A DNA stretch of 64,000 bases from Candidatus Omnitrophota bacterium (GTDB lineage: Bacteria; Omnitrophota; Gorgyraeia; B26-G9): positions 11,472 through 75,471 of the forward strand of contig JAHIOQ010000073.1 in assembly GCA_018895275.1 (NCBI GenBank), written 5' to 3'. The position numbers and the translations under genes are program-made. Shown piece by piece: positions 9,791 to 18,264 of this stretch; the first letter of the stretch is position 1; every line of letters starts with the position of its first letter. The notes beneath the pieces were generated by a model. That model saw only the letters and a list, made by a program, of their open reading frames with translations, was not told the origin of the DNA and did not search any database.

Positions 9791-10363
9791 ATGCGATATC
9801 TTATAATCTATGCTCATCCTAACCCAAAAAGTTATAACCACGCGATATTAAACATAATCGAAGATAAATTAAAAAAGAATGGATGCGATTTTGAGGTGCG
9901 TGACTTGTATAAGTTGAAATTTAACCCTGTGTTGAGCGGAGAGGACCTACCCTCTATTCAGCAAAGACAGGTGCCGTCCGATATCCGGATTGAACAGGAA
10001 CACATAAAAAAGGCGGATGTGCTTATTTTTATTCATCCGATATGGTGGTTCGGCATGCCGGCAGTGATTAAAGGTTATATCGACCGGGTTTTTTCCTACG
10101 GTTTTGCCTATGCGGTTGATAAAAACAGTGTTAAAGGACTCCTTAACGGAAAGAAAGTGATGATATTTAATACGACCGGAGGCCCGGAGGAAAATTACAA
10201 GGATATGGGCTACGGTGCGGCATTGAAGGCAACAATAGAAAAAGGAATCTTTGAGTTTTGCGGTATGCAGGTTATACGGCATAAATATTTCTACGCGGTG
10301 CCCTATATCAGCGATGAGCAGCGCAAGGCTATGCTCGAAGACTTGCGTGCTATGGCGCTTTAA
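9791..10363 (+). CDS. Flavodoxin-fold NAD(P)H dehydrogenase (quinone)/FMN reductase family protein
   Basis: MRYLIIYAHPNPKSYN N-terminus and IHPIWWFGMPAVIKGYIDRV motif typical of the NQO/Flavodoxin_2 family. ATG at 9791 follows AAGGAGG; the tracked start 9767 is less likely. Confidence 0.75.
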   Translation: MRYLIIYAHPNPKSYNHAILNIIEDKLKKNGCDFEVRDLYKLKFNPVLSGEDLPSIQQRQVPSDIRIEQEHIKKADVLIFIHPIWWFGMPAVIKGYIDRVFSYGFAYAVDKNSVKGLLNGKKVMIFNTTGGPEENYKDMGYGAALKATIEKGIFEFCGMQVIRHKYFYAVPYISDEQRKAMLEDLRAMAL

Positions 10364-10750
10364 TGTTGAAAGAAAGTTTAGCCGGCTGAAAAGGTTGTTT
10401 TTGGTATTGGCATCCCGTGCTTTATGCGCGGGATGCGTGGATCGCTGACTTTGCGGTTCCCCGGAGGGTGGATATCGGTCATTTCCCACCCCATGAGAAT
10501 CCGATGTTCACACACGGGCTGCTTATCGGCAGACACCGGGACGGTTTTTTTAGCCGGGAAAATTCGAGAAACACACTTCATTTTAGTCTGCTGCGGTTAC
10601 GGCAGGCGCGTCTAATTTAGAATCCGGCTTAAATATAACATTCAGATATAATTATTTTTGCACATTCCTTATTGGCGAAGAAAAATAAGATATGGTATAC
10701 TTTTATCACTTTTTTATGGTATAGGAAAGTATAAAACTTTCCTAACCACT

Positions 10751-10810
10751 GAAACTTCGTAAGGAAGAGTTCTGAGTGCACCAACTTTGTTGGTGCGCGA
10801 AGTTTCTTGT
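10751..10810 (+). repeat. 60-nt structured repeat, copy 2 (ends 8 nt before ATG 10819)
   Basis: See 9187..9246. The two substitutions between copies keep inner-stem pairing (A-U/C-G versus G-U/U-G). Confidence 0.8.
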
Positions 10811-10818
10811 GAAATAAG

Positions 10819-13800
10819 ATGATAAAAATAAATTCAGGAGCAGATGTGAAACCGGTTTTAAAATTAAGCGAAAGAATAAAAAAAGCCTGTTGTTATTTGT
10901 TACTGCCGGCAATTGTTTGCGGGTGCCTGCCGGATTTAACTCTTGCCGGCAGCGAAGATTTACTTTCACCGATGTTACGCGTAGATTCTTCCGTAAAAGA
11001 GGCTTTTTTATCTTTTTTTGAATTGGGAGAAAAATTAAAAGAGGTGCGTAAGCTTCAGGGGCTTAGCCCTGAATATGACAGGCAAATGCTTACGGCAATA
11101 GCGAGTAAAGGAAGAGAGAGAATATCCGGATCACATAAAGTCGATATTTTTCTAGTGGGGGACGAAAATACGCAAGTAATTTCAAGGGATTATCCGACTT
11201 ACGTGGATTTTAGAGGCGGAGCGGTTTATGCTGCCCGCGGCGCTTATTTAAACAATCCGCGTATCCTGCAAAAAGAATATAATCTGCTGAAAATATTCCG
11301 GCGAAATCTAAGAGAAAAAGGTTATAAGAACGGTAAGAGTGTTCTGCGTTGGATGAATAATCATCCGGAACATGCTGTTGATTTGTTGAATAGCTGCGAA
11401 TCGTTGGCTTCAGAGCAAAGGGAAGAACCTTTGCAGGAAGAAGTTCTGAAAGTCAATTTTTCTAAGGATAATAAGAAAAGGTGCCGTTTCAAATTCATGA
11501 ATAGGAAATTCGATTTTTATGCCGGAGAGGATGGTTTTTATTATAAGGAATTAAAGGCGGGAAAAATTTCCGTGCGCGGTTATATCGACCGGCTGGAGGT
11601 TTGGCTGATAACCGGAACGGAAAAGCAGTTTCTGGGGCAGGTTGATTTCCCTGAGGGGGAAATACTCAATAAAGAAGGAAATGAGTATGAGCAAGAGGAA
11701 TATTATGTAAAAATAAAAGATTTTATCCCGCGTTTTTCTTTTATTGCCAATACCTTTGAAGAAATAAAAGTAAAAAAAATACCCCGAAAGAACAATTTTT
11801 CCGCTAAGGCTGAAACCGGGAAAATTATTTGGTGCTTCAGTGTCCGAAAAGAAGGATATTTTTATAATTACCTGCGCAAAGGTAATTTGTTTATGCACCG
11901 GCCGGAAAAATCCGATGATATCGAAATATTTGAAAAAACTGCGGATAAAATAAACCTGCTGGGAAAAATAAAAATCGACGCAGAAGGGTTTATTCTTAGT
12001 TCTGATGGAAGGCATTATGAAAAGCAGGGAAAAAAGATTTGTCTGTTTGAGCGCAGGGAAAAGGCGGTTAAAATCAATGTGGATGAGATTTTTGTCCCCG
12101 GGTTTTTGACCGAGCAGGAGAGTAAAATTTTGTATCTGCGCAAACAAGGGCTAAAGAACGAGGAAAATTTAAAATCGACGCAGCCGCCGTTGCCGTTTAC
12201 AAAACTAGAGAAAAAGACGACCAAACAAGAAAAAAGAAAAAATAATCCTTTAACAGACCGGCAGATAAAAATCGCCCGGTTGCTGGCTAATGGACGGGAA
12301 TATTCGGAAATTGCCAAACTATTAAAGATTTCTGTCTCTAGAGTCACTAAAGAAGTTTCGGATATGTTTCGCAAGGCGGGAGATAATTCAAACAGCAGCC
12401 GGGCACATCGCAGCCGGGAAAAAAGAATCGATTTAGTGCAAACCCTGGCTAAGCGAGGATGGATACGGAAACCGGATTTATCCGCGGCGAGGGTGACGAA
12501 AAAACAAAGAGATATGATGAAACTTCTTTTTGCGGGATTATCGTATGAAGAAGCGGCAGGCATTAGTATGCCGAAAGTCAGCGCCGGCTACGTTAGAACG
12601 ATGGTTAGTAATTTTTATAAGGCAATTCAATACGCGCCCGACCGTTTGAAAGGAACTTATTCGGAAAACTTGCTGCGAGCTGCGGAAAAAGCCGTACGAA
12701 TGGGAATTTTTAAGGAAGAAGAAATCGCGGGAATAAAAAGAGAGGTTAAATTGAAAAAATTCTGGAAACGAAAAATTTTAGCGCTTACTCTCTTGCGCTC
12801 CGGAAAGTCGCTTAAGGATACTGCCGATTTAATGAAGTTAAAGGTGCAAAGTCTGAAACGGCTTATTCGCAAGGCTTCCCGCGACCTGAATGTGAAAAAT
12901 GATATAGCGGAGGTTACCGCTGCCGCGCTAACAAAGGGATACGTTTTTACCCCCGAAGAAATGGCAAAAATGGAACGGAAAATAGTTGAAACCAGTAATG
13001 CGCGGACGATTTTAGAAGCGGTTGCCCGGCAGGCAGGAATTAACAGTATCGTGGATTTGGCTAAGCTGAAAAACAAGCGGGTGTTTGAGATGCTGGGATT
13101 TGGGTCGGTTGACGAGGAAAAATTGCTGGAAATTCTGGCGGAAAAAAACAGGTGGGACTTCGATCTTCTTTTAAAAGAACTGGTGGACAAATACCTATCC
13201 CGCCGCAAGGATAAATTGGAGCTGCTTATGGAATTCGTTTATTTCCGCGATGAGTTACGGCAGAATGTTTCGGCAATGTTGAAAAAACTTTTTCAGGAGC
13301 ACGAGATTTTAAATGAGGATTTCATCCGTTATAATTGTCCGCCGCTTAATAACTACAGGCCGGAGGATTTACTGGAAGAGTCGGATTTGGCCAAATTAAG
13401 ACAGGATATCCCCGAGGATAAAAGATTGATTTTCGATCTCATTATGGGTAAACATGTTAGCGGCGACAATAAGAATAAGGTTATTTCCCATCCGCAGGTA
13501 AAAACACCGAAAACGATTTTATCCGAGGAGTTGCCGAAAGAACAAGAACAAACAGAACCCAAACCCACAAATCCCTTGCCCAAGCCTAAAATTCCTAAAA
13601 ATAGGCTGGAGGACGGCGCGGGCAGGGAAGTTCGGGATTCTCCGCGCAAAATACTCAATAAGAACCACTTATTTATGGACTTATACACCAACATCGCTGC
13701 CATCAGCAAATACCATGAAGGGAGTTTGGAGAAGGGGAAAGAAAAGTTTACGGAGTTTCTCGATTCATTGAAGAAAAAATATTTTTTAAATGAATTGGAA

Positions 13801-14397
13801 CTGGATGAACAGTTATTTTTGAAGAAAGCGGCGGCAAGGCTGGGGGAGCTGTTTTTCCCGGTAAAGAGAGCGTCGCTGGAGGAAGCGCTTACGGTTTTAA
13901 AGGCTCATGATATTACTTTATCCAACTTAGGCAGCAATCTTTTTTTGCGGGATAGGGATAAGGATAATTTTTTAAAAGTGATCGAGGCGGATAAGGCTTT
14001 GGAAAAAGTGGGATGGAAAATAACGGTAATTGCCAAAGATCTCATGCAAGATCCGGTTTGCGAGGTGGTGCCGGTTAGAGAGATGAATTCCGACGCAAAA
14101 CGGTTCAAAGATAAGCCTAGTTGGATTATTAGCGGTGCATTATCCGTGCTCAAAGATCCGTTAAACGCTTCCTGGATCGTGAATGAAGTTTTGGGCAAAG
14201 TTAAATTTCCCGAACAAATCTTAAAGGCGCATAATATAGATGAACGCACGATAATGCTGGATTTGACAGGAAAAGAACAGGACAAGCTTATAACGGATAT
14301 ACTTCGCCAGTATCAGGGAAACGAGCAGGATAAATCAACAAAAGCGGTGTTTGCCGAGAACGCGACTGGTGTGATGCTCATCGAGCGGGCAATATGA
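10819..14397 (+). CDS. Large (1192 aa) protein with hydrophobic/lipoprotein-like N-terminus and three tandem LuxR/GerE-type HTH units
   Basis: HTH units at about nt 12247-12381 (LTDRQIKIARLLANGREYSEIAKLLKISVSRVTKEV), 12493-12627 (VTKKQRDMMKLLFAGLSYEEAAGISMPKVSAGYVRTMV) and 12763-12894 (KRKILALTLLRSGKSLKDTADLMKLKVQSLKRLI). N-terminus has KKACCYLLLPAIVCGC. Alternative start GTG 10846 lies after AGGAG. Confidence 0.7.
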   Translation: MIKINSGADVKPVLKLSERIKKACCYLLLPAIVCGCLPDLTLAGSEDLLSPMLRVDSSVKEAFLSFFELGEKLKEVRKLQGLSPEYDRQMLTAIASKGRERISGSHKVDIFLVGDENTQVISRDYPTYVDFRGGAVYAARGAYLNNPRILQKEYNLLKIFRRNLREKGYKNGKSVLRWMNNHPEHAVDLLNSCESLASEQREEPLQEEVLKVNFSKDNKKRCRFKFMNRKFDFYAGEDGFYYKELKAGKISVRGYIDRLEVWLITGTEKQFLGQVDFPEGEILNKEGNEYEQEEYYVKIKDFIPRFSFIANTFEEIKVKKIPRKNNFSAKAETGKIIWCFSVRKEGYFYNYLRKGNLFMHRPEKSDDIEIFEKTADKINLLGKIKIDAEGFILSSDGRHYEKQGKKICLFERREKAVKINVDEIFVPGFLTEQESKILYLRKQGLKNEENLKSTQPPLPFTKLEKKTTKQEKRKNNPLTDRQIKIARLLANGREYSEIAKLLKISVSRVTKEVSDMFRKAGDNSNSSRAHRSREKRIDLVQTLAKRGWIRKPDLSAARVTKKQRDMMKLLFAGLSYEEAAGISMPKVSAGYVRTMVSNFYKAIQYAPDRLKGTYSENLLRAAEKAVRMGIFKEEEIAGIKREVKLKKFWKRKILALTLLRSGKSLKDTADLMKLKVQSLKRLIRKASRDLNVKNDIAEVTAAALTKGYVFTPEEMAKMERKIVETSNARTILEAVARQAGINSIVDLAKLKNKRVFEMLGFGSVDEEKLLEILAEKNRWDFDLLLKELVDKYLSRRKDKLELLMEFVYFRDELRQNVSAMLKKLFQEHEILNEDFIRYNCPPLNNYRPEDLLEESDLAKLRQDIPEDKRLIFDLIMGKHVSGDNKNKVISHPQVKTPKTILSEELPKEQEQTEPKPTNPLPKPKIPKNRLEDGAGREVRDSPRKILNKNHLFMDLYTNIAAISKYHEGSLEKGKEKFTEFLDSLKKKYFLNELELDEQLFLKKAAARLGELFFPVKRASLEEALTVLKAHDITLSNLGSNLFLRDRDKDNFLKVIEADKALEKVGWKITVIAKDLMQDPVCEVVPVREMNSDAKRFKDKPSWIISGALSVLKDPLNASWIVNEVLGKVKFPEQILKAHNIDERTIMLDLTGKEQDKLITDILRQYQGNEQDKSTKAVFAENATGVMLIERAI

Positions 14398-14435
14398 AGT
14401 TCTGCGCCTTATCCCGGCATAAAATAGGAGAAAAG

Positions 14436-15128
14436 ATGAAGGAAAAAATTTTGGTCGTTGAAGACGAAAAAGACATCGCCAAAATGCTCGAGTACAATCT
14501 CGCCAAAGAAGGGTTCAGAATTGTTATCGTTAATAACGGAGAAAACGCTTTGGCAGCGGTAAAGAAAGAACGGCCGGACATGATTATTCTGGATTTAATG
14601 CTGCCGGGCATGGACGGCCTGGAGGTATGCAAGGCGCTGAGAAAACAAAAAGAAACCGGATCTATCCCGGTGATTATGCTTACGGCGAAAAGCCAGGAAT
14701 CGGATAAAATCATCGGACTGGAATTAGGCGCGGACGATTATATGACGAAACCGTTCAGTATCCGGGAGCTTACCTCGCGGATAAAGGCAGTGTTAAGGCG
14801 TGCCGGCGGTAAAGCGAAACTTCCGGATGAGTTTAGCATCGGGCCGCTAACGATTGATTTTTCCGCTATCAGAGTGAGCGTCCGGAATAAACCGGTGAAT
14901 TTGACGGCAAAGGAATTCGCTTTGCTGAAAACCCTGGTAGAGGCAAAAGGCCGCGTGCTTTCCCGCGGCTATCTCTTAGATGCGGTCTGGGGGCTTGACG
15001 ACGCGCTTAATGTCCAGACGCGGACCGTGGATGTGCATGTGCGTACCCTGCGCAGTAAGTTGAAGAGCGCGGCAAAATATATAACTACGGTTAAAGGATT
15101 CGGGTACCGGTTTGAAACGGATGAATAA
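14436..15128 (+). CDS. phoB: OmpR-family response regulator, PhoB/PhoP-like
   Basis: MKEKILVVEDE...DLMLPGMDG receiver and winged-helix C-terminus (TVKGFGYRF). Followed by a PhoR-like kinase and the pst operon. ATG 14436 lies after an AGGAG-like RBS; tracked start is 14394. Confidence 0.85.
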   Translation: MKEKILVVEDEKDIAKMLEYNLAKEGFRIVIVNNGENALAAVKKERPDMIILDLMLPGMDGLEVCKALRKQKETGSIPVIMLTAKSQESDKIIGLELGADDYMTKPFSIRELTSRIKAVLRRAGGKAKLPDEFSIGPLTIDFSAIRVSVRNKPVNLTAKEFALLKTLVEAKGRVLSRGYLLDAVWGLDDALNVQTRTVDVHVRTLRSKLKSAAKYITTVKGFGYRFETDE

Positions 15129-15142
15129 TAAAGGGAGTTAAC

Positions 15143-16918
15143 GTGCCTGCCGGAAGCGGTTTTAAACGAAAACTTATTTTTTCCTTTGTGCTGGTAATCA
15201 GCCTTTCCTTTGGATTTATCGCTTTTTTTCTGGATAAAACTCTCGAAGAAAATTCCCTGCAGGATATGCGGTCTTCTCTTCTAAACCAGGCTGTACTCAT
15301 CGAACATCAGATAATTCCGGAAAAGTTAAATAAAGCGGATATGGATTATTTTGCTTCGCTGGTACATACGTTGAGCAATAAGATAAAGTGTCGGATTACG
15401 GTTATCGGCCCTTCCGGGGTGGTGCTCAGCGATTCGGAAGAGACCAGTGAAGGGGGTTCGGCCATGGAAAATCACGCGAAACGGCCGGAGGTGCAGGCGG
15501 CCTTACGCGGAGAGCCGGGACAGGAGATCCGCTATTCTTCCACTTTAAGAACCGATATGCTCTATGTTGCCGTGCCGGTAAAGGATAACGGTAATATCGT
15601 TGGGGTACTGCGTTTAGCCGTGCCCTTGACCAATGTTCAGAGGACGTTATCAGCGTTTAAGAAAACGGTTTTCGCGGGATTGCTGTTTGCGCTGGGGATG
15701 GCGCTTATTTTAAGCTCTCTAATAACGGCGCAAACGGTTAAGCCGGTTCAGCGCGTTTTACAGGCGTCCCGCCGCTTTTCCGCCGGAGATTTCAGCCGCA
15801 GAATTATCTATACGGCAGGTGATGAAATCGGGGAGCTCGGCGCGACCTTAAATAAGATGGCGCAGGAAATAGAAGACCGCATGAAAGAGACCGCGCAGCA
15901 GCGCCAGCAATTGACGGCGATGTTTGAAAGTATGGTGGAGGGAATAATCGTTGTCGATAAACAGAGCAATATCGTTTCCGCTAACCCCGCTGTGGAAAAG
16001 ATATTCGGCTTCAGGAGAGAAAACGTGCAGGGCAGGTTTTTTCTGGAGGCAATACGCAATAATGATATCGCCGGGATTATTATGGAAGTCTTGGAACAGG
16101 GAGTATCACTTTCCCGGGAGATAGCTATTCTTTTGCTGCAGCGCAAGATTTTTCAGGTGAATGCCGCGCCGATTTCGGAAAACAACGCTGTCTGCGGCTG
16201 CGTGGTCGTAGTGCATGATATCAGTGAAATGCGCCGCCTGGAAACGATGCGCCGCGATTTTATCGCCAATGCTTCGCATGAATTAAAGACGCCGCTGACC
16301 TCGATAACGGGGTTTGTGGAAACGCTTCTTAACGGAGCGCTTGAAGATAAAAAGCATAACCGTGATTTTCTCTTGATCATCCAAAAACACGCGCAACGGC
16401 TGAATAATCTGGTTAATGACCTGCTTTCCTTATCGCACCTTGAATCCAAATCAATCGTATTGGAAAAAGGGAATTATAACCTGCATCGGCAGATGGAAGA
16501 AATTCTTAGCGGTTTTAAGGTGCAGATAGATAAGAAGGCTCTGGATGTGAAAAATGAACTGCCGCAATCACTGATGGCAACGGTCGATAGGGAACAGATC
16601 GGTCATGTGTTTACCAATCTCATCGATAATGCCGTAAAATTCAATAAAGATAACGGGTTTTTGAAAATTTACGCTGAAGAAGAACCGGATAAGATAAGAA
16701 TCACCGTGGAGAATTCAGGGGAAGGAATTCCAGCGAAGGATATACCCCGCATTTTTGAGCGTTTTTACCGCGTGGATAAGGCGCGCTCACATAAGCTCGG
16801 AGGAACCGGGCTCGGCCTTTCCATCGTTAAGCATATCGTCGAACTTCATGCCGGTACCGTTGGTGTGGAAAGCACGGAAGGTTTCGGCGCGAAATTCTGG
16901 TTTACCCTGCCGAGATAA
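15143..16918 (+). CDS. phoR: Sensor histidine kinase, PhoR-like (TM-HAMP-PAS-HisKA-HATPase)
   Basis: 591 aa. H-box ASHELKTPLTS and ATPase boxes DNAVKF / GGTGLGLSIVK. GTG start. Context is phoB and pstSCAB-phoU. Confidence 0.85.
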   Translation: MPAGSGFKRKLIFSFVLVISLSFGFIAFFLDKTLEENSLQDMRSSLLNQAVLIEHQIIPEKLNKADMDYFASLVHTLSNKIKCRITVIGPSGVVLSDSEETSEGGSAMENHAKRPEVQAALRGEPGQEIRYSSTLRTDMLYVAVPVKDNGNIVGVLRLAVPLTNVQRTLSAFKKTVFAGLLFALGMALILSSLITAQTVKPVQRVLQASRRFSAGDFSRRIIYTAGDEIGELGATLNKMAQEIEDRMKETAQQRQQLTAMFESMVEGIIVVDKQSNIVSANPAVEKIFGFRRENVQGRFFLEAIRNNDIAGIIMEVLEQGVSLSREIAILLLQRKIFQVNAAPISENNAVCGCVVVVHDISEMRRLETMRRDFIANASHELKTPLTSITGFVETLLNGALEDKKHNRDFLLIIQKHAQRLNNLVNDLLSLSHLESKSIVLEKGNYNLHRQMEEILSGFKVQIDKKALDVKNELPQSLMATVDREQIGHVFTNLIDNAVKFNKDNGFLKIYAEEEPDKIRITVENSGEGIPAKDIPRIFERFYRVDKARSHKLGGTGLGLSIVKHIVELHAGTVGVESTEGFGAKFWFTLPR

Positions 16919-16946
16919 TCCGTCGGTCTATCCAAATCATTTTATT

Positions 16947-16972
16947 TTACACAGATTTTACATGGATTACAC
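16947..16972 (+). promoter_or_regulatory. Pho-box-like direct repeats (TTACAC-N5-TTACAT-N3-TTACAC)
   Basis: TTACAC 16947-52, TTACAT 16958-63 and TTACAC 16967-72, spaced 11 and 9 nt. Located between phoR and pstS. Confidence 0.35.
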
Positions 16973-17121
16973 ATAAAACTAACTTAGATGTAATATTATT
17001 AATTATATAGTGCTTGGCGGGTCCGCCAACTACGTAGTGGCGGAAATTCGCAGAAAGAAGGTTTTTGGGGTTAAATAAAAGAGGTGTGTCATCCCTTGCT
17101 TAAACGCCGAGGGAAATATTT

Positions 17122-17209
17122 TAATTTAGTTTATTGAGGCCTGGGCGCAAGCTTGCGGGGTAAATCTCTTCGATATTTACCCCGCAGCGCCTCGGGCATT
17201 AATTTCCGC
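17122..17209 (+). repeat. Long-hairpin repeat family, copy 2 (pstS leader)
   Basis: Near-identical to 9644..9731. Inner stem GCGGGGTAAAT/ATTTACCCCGC. Confidence 0.8.
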
Positions 17210-17284
17210 CGCTGGAAAACAGCGGCGAGACCTCGCCACATGAAATGTGGCGGGCGCAGACGGCCTGTAAGTCTGCTCATTACG

Positions 17285-17352
17285 TCCGGCTGCAGGATGT
17301 CGGGAAAATATCGGGTGATATTTTCCCTCTGCAGCTCGGACATTAATTCGCC
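17285..17352 (+). repeat. Long-hairpin repeat family, divergent copy with covarying stem
   Basis: TCCGGCTGCAG...GGGAAAATATC/GATATTTTCCC...CTGCAGCTCGGA followed by the same CATTAATTCGC tail. Same architecture with a different inner-stem sequence. Confidence 0.65.
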
Positions 17353-17406
17353 CAAATCACTTAGTTCGCTTCGCTCTCTAAGTGAGGGGCTCATTAAGGA
17401 GAGATT

Positions 17407-18258
17407 ATGTTAAAGAAAATAGTGTTGTTGGCGGCAGTATTTTTTATCGCGGTTCCGGTGTTCGCGGCCGGGAAAAATTCCATACAGATCAAAGGCTCGG
17501 ATACTATGGTTAATCTTGGGCAGGCTTGGGCAGAGCAGTACATGGAAAACAATCCGGCTGATTTTATCGCGGTTACCGGAGGCGGTTCCGGTACCGGACT
17601 GTCCAGCCTTATCAGCGCTACCTGTGATATTGCCATGAGTTCCCGGAACATAAAAGAGAAGGAAATCAGCTTAGCGAAGAATAGAGGCATAGAGCCTTAT
17701 GAAACAAAGGTTGCGCTGGATGGATTGGCAGTAGTCGTTAATCCGGCAAACCCCGTGGATAAGCTTACTGTCGCACAGCTGGCGGATATATTTACCGCAA
17801 GGATTTCCAACTGGAAGGAGCTTGGCGGCAAGGACCGGAAGATTGTCATTCTTTCGCGTGAAGTAAACTCTGGGACGCATGTCTATTTTAAGGAACACGT
17901 ATTGCGCGGCAACGATTCGAAAAGCGCCGCGGAATTCGCGCCGGGAGCTCTGATGCTTTCATCTTCACAGGCAATTGCCGATGAAGTAGCGGGAAATCCG
18001 GCAGGTATCGGGTATTACGGCATGGGATATGTATCATCCAAGCAAAAGCCGGTTGCGGTGGCCAAAGATACGGCTTCGGAATATATCGCGCCGACAATCG
18101 ATAATGTGGTTAACAATACCTATCCGATATCGCGGCCCTTATTCATTTATACCAACGGAGCGCCGTGCGGACTGGTGAAGAAGTTTGTTGATTTCATGCT
18201 TTCTATAGAAGGCCAGAAGATAGTTTTGGATACGGATTTCGTTCCGGTAGGTAAATAG
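17407..18258 (+). CDS. pstS: Phosphate ABC transporter substrate-binding protein
   Basis: 283 aa with a signal peptide. Carries GSDTM...GGGSGTG and SREVNSGT motifs of the PstS family. Followed by pstC, pstA and pstB. Confidence 0.9.
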   Translation: MLKKIVLLAAVFFIAVPVFAAGKNSIQIKGSDTMVNLGQAWAEQYMENNPADFIAVTGGGSGTGLSSLISATCDIAMSSRNIKEKEISLAKNRGIEPYETKVALDGLAVVVNPANPVDKLTVAQLADIFTARISNWKELGGKDRKIVILSREVNSGTHVYFKEHVLRGNDSKSAAEFAPGALMLSSSQAIADEVAGNPAGIGYYGMGYVSSKQKPVAVAKDTASEYIAPTIDNVVNNTYPISRPLFIYTNGAPCGLVKKFVDFMLSIEGQKIVLDTDFVPVGK

Positions 18259-18264
18259 GCGGTT

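Noticed and set aside
10378-10620. Cluster of 63-67-aa overlapping ORFs on both strands in a GC-rich patch, plus hairpin GCATCCCG...CGGGATGC
   Set aside because: - The ORFs are mutually exclusive, have no RBS and show no motif.
- This may be a decayed gene or an ncRNA, but I cannot support either from the sequence alone.
16755-17413. Small ORFs (73-87 aa) in the phoR-pstS spacer
   Set aside because: The region is explained by Pho-box-like repeats and structured repeat elements. The ORFs are Arg/Ser/Cys-rich read-throughs of GC-rich hairpins.
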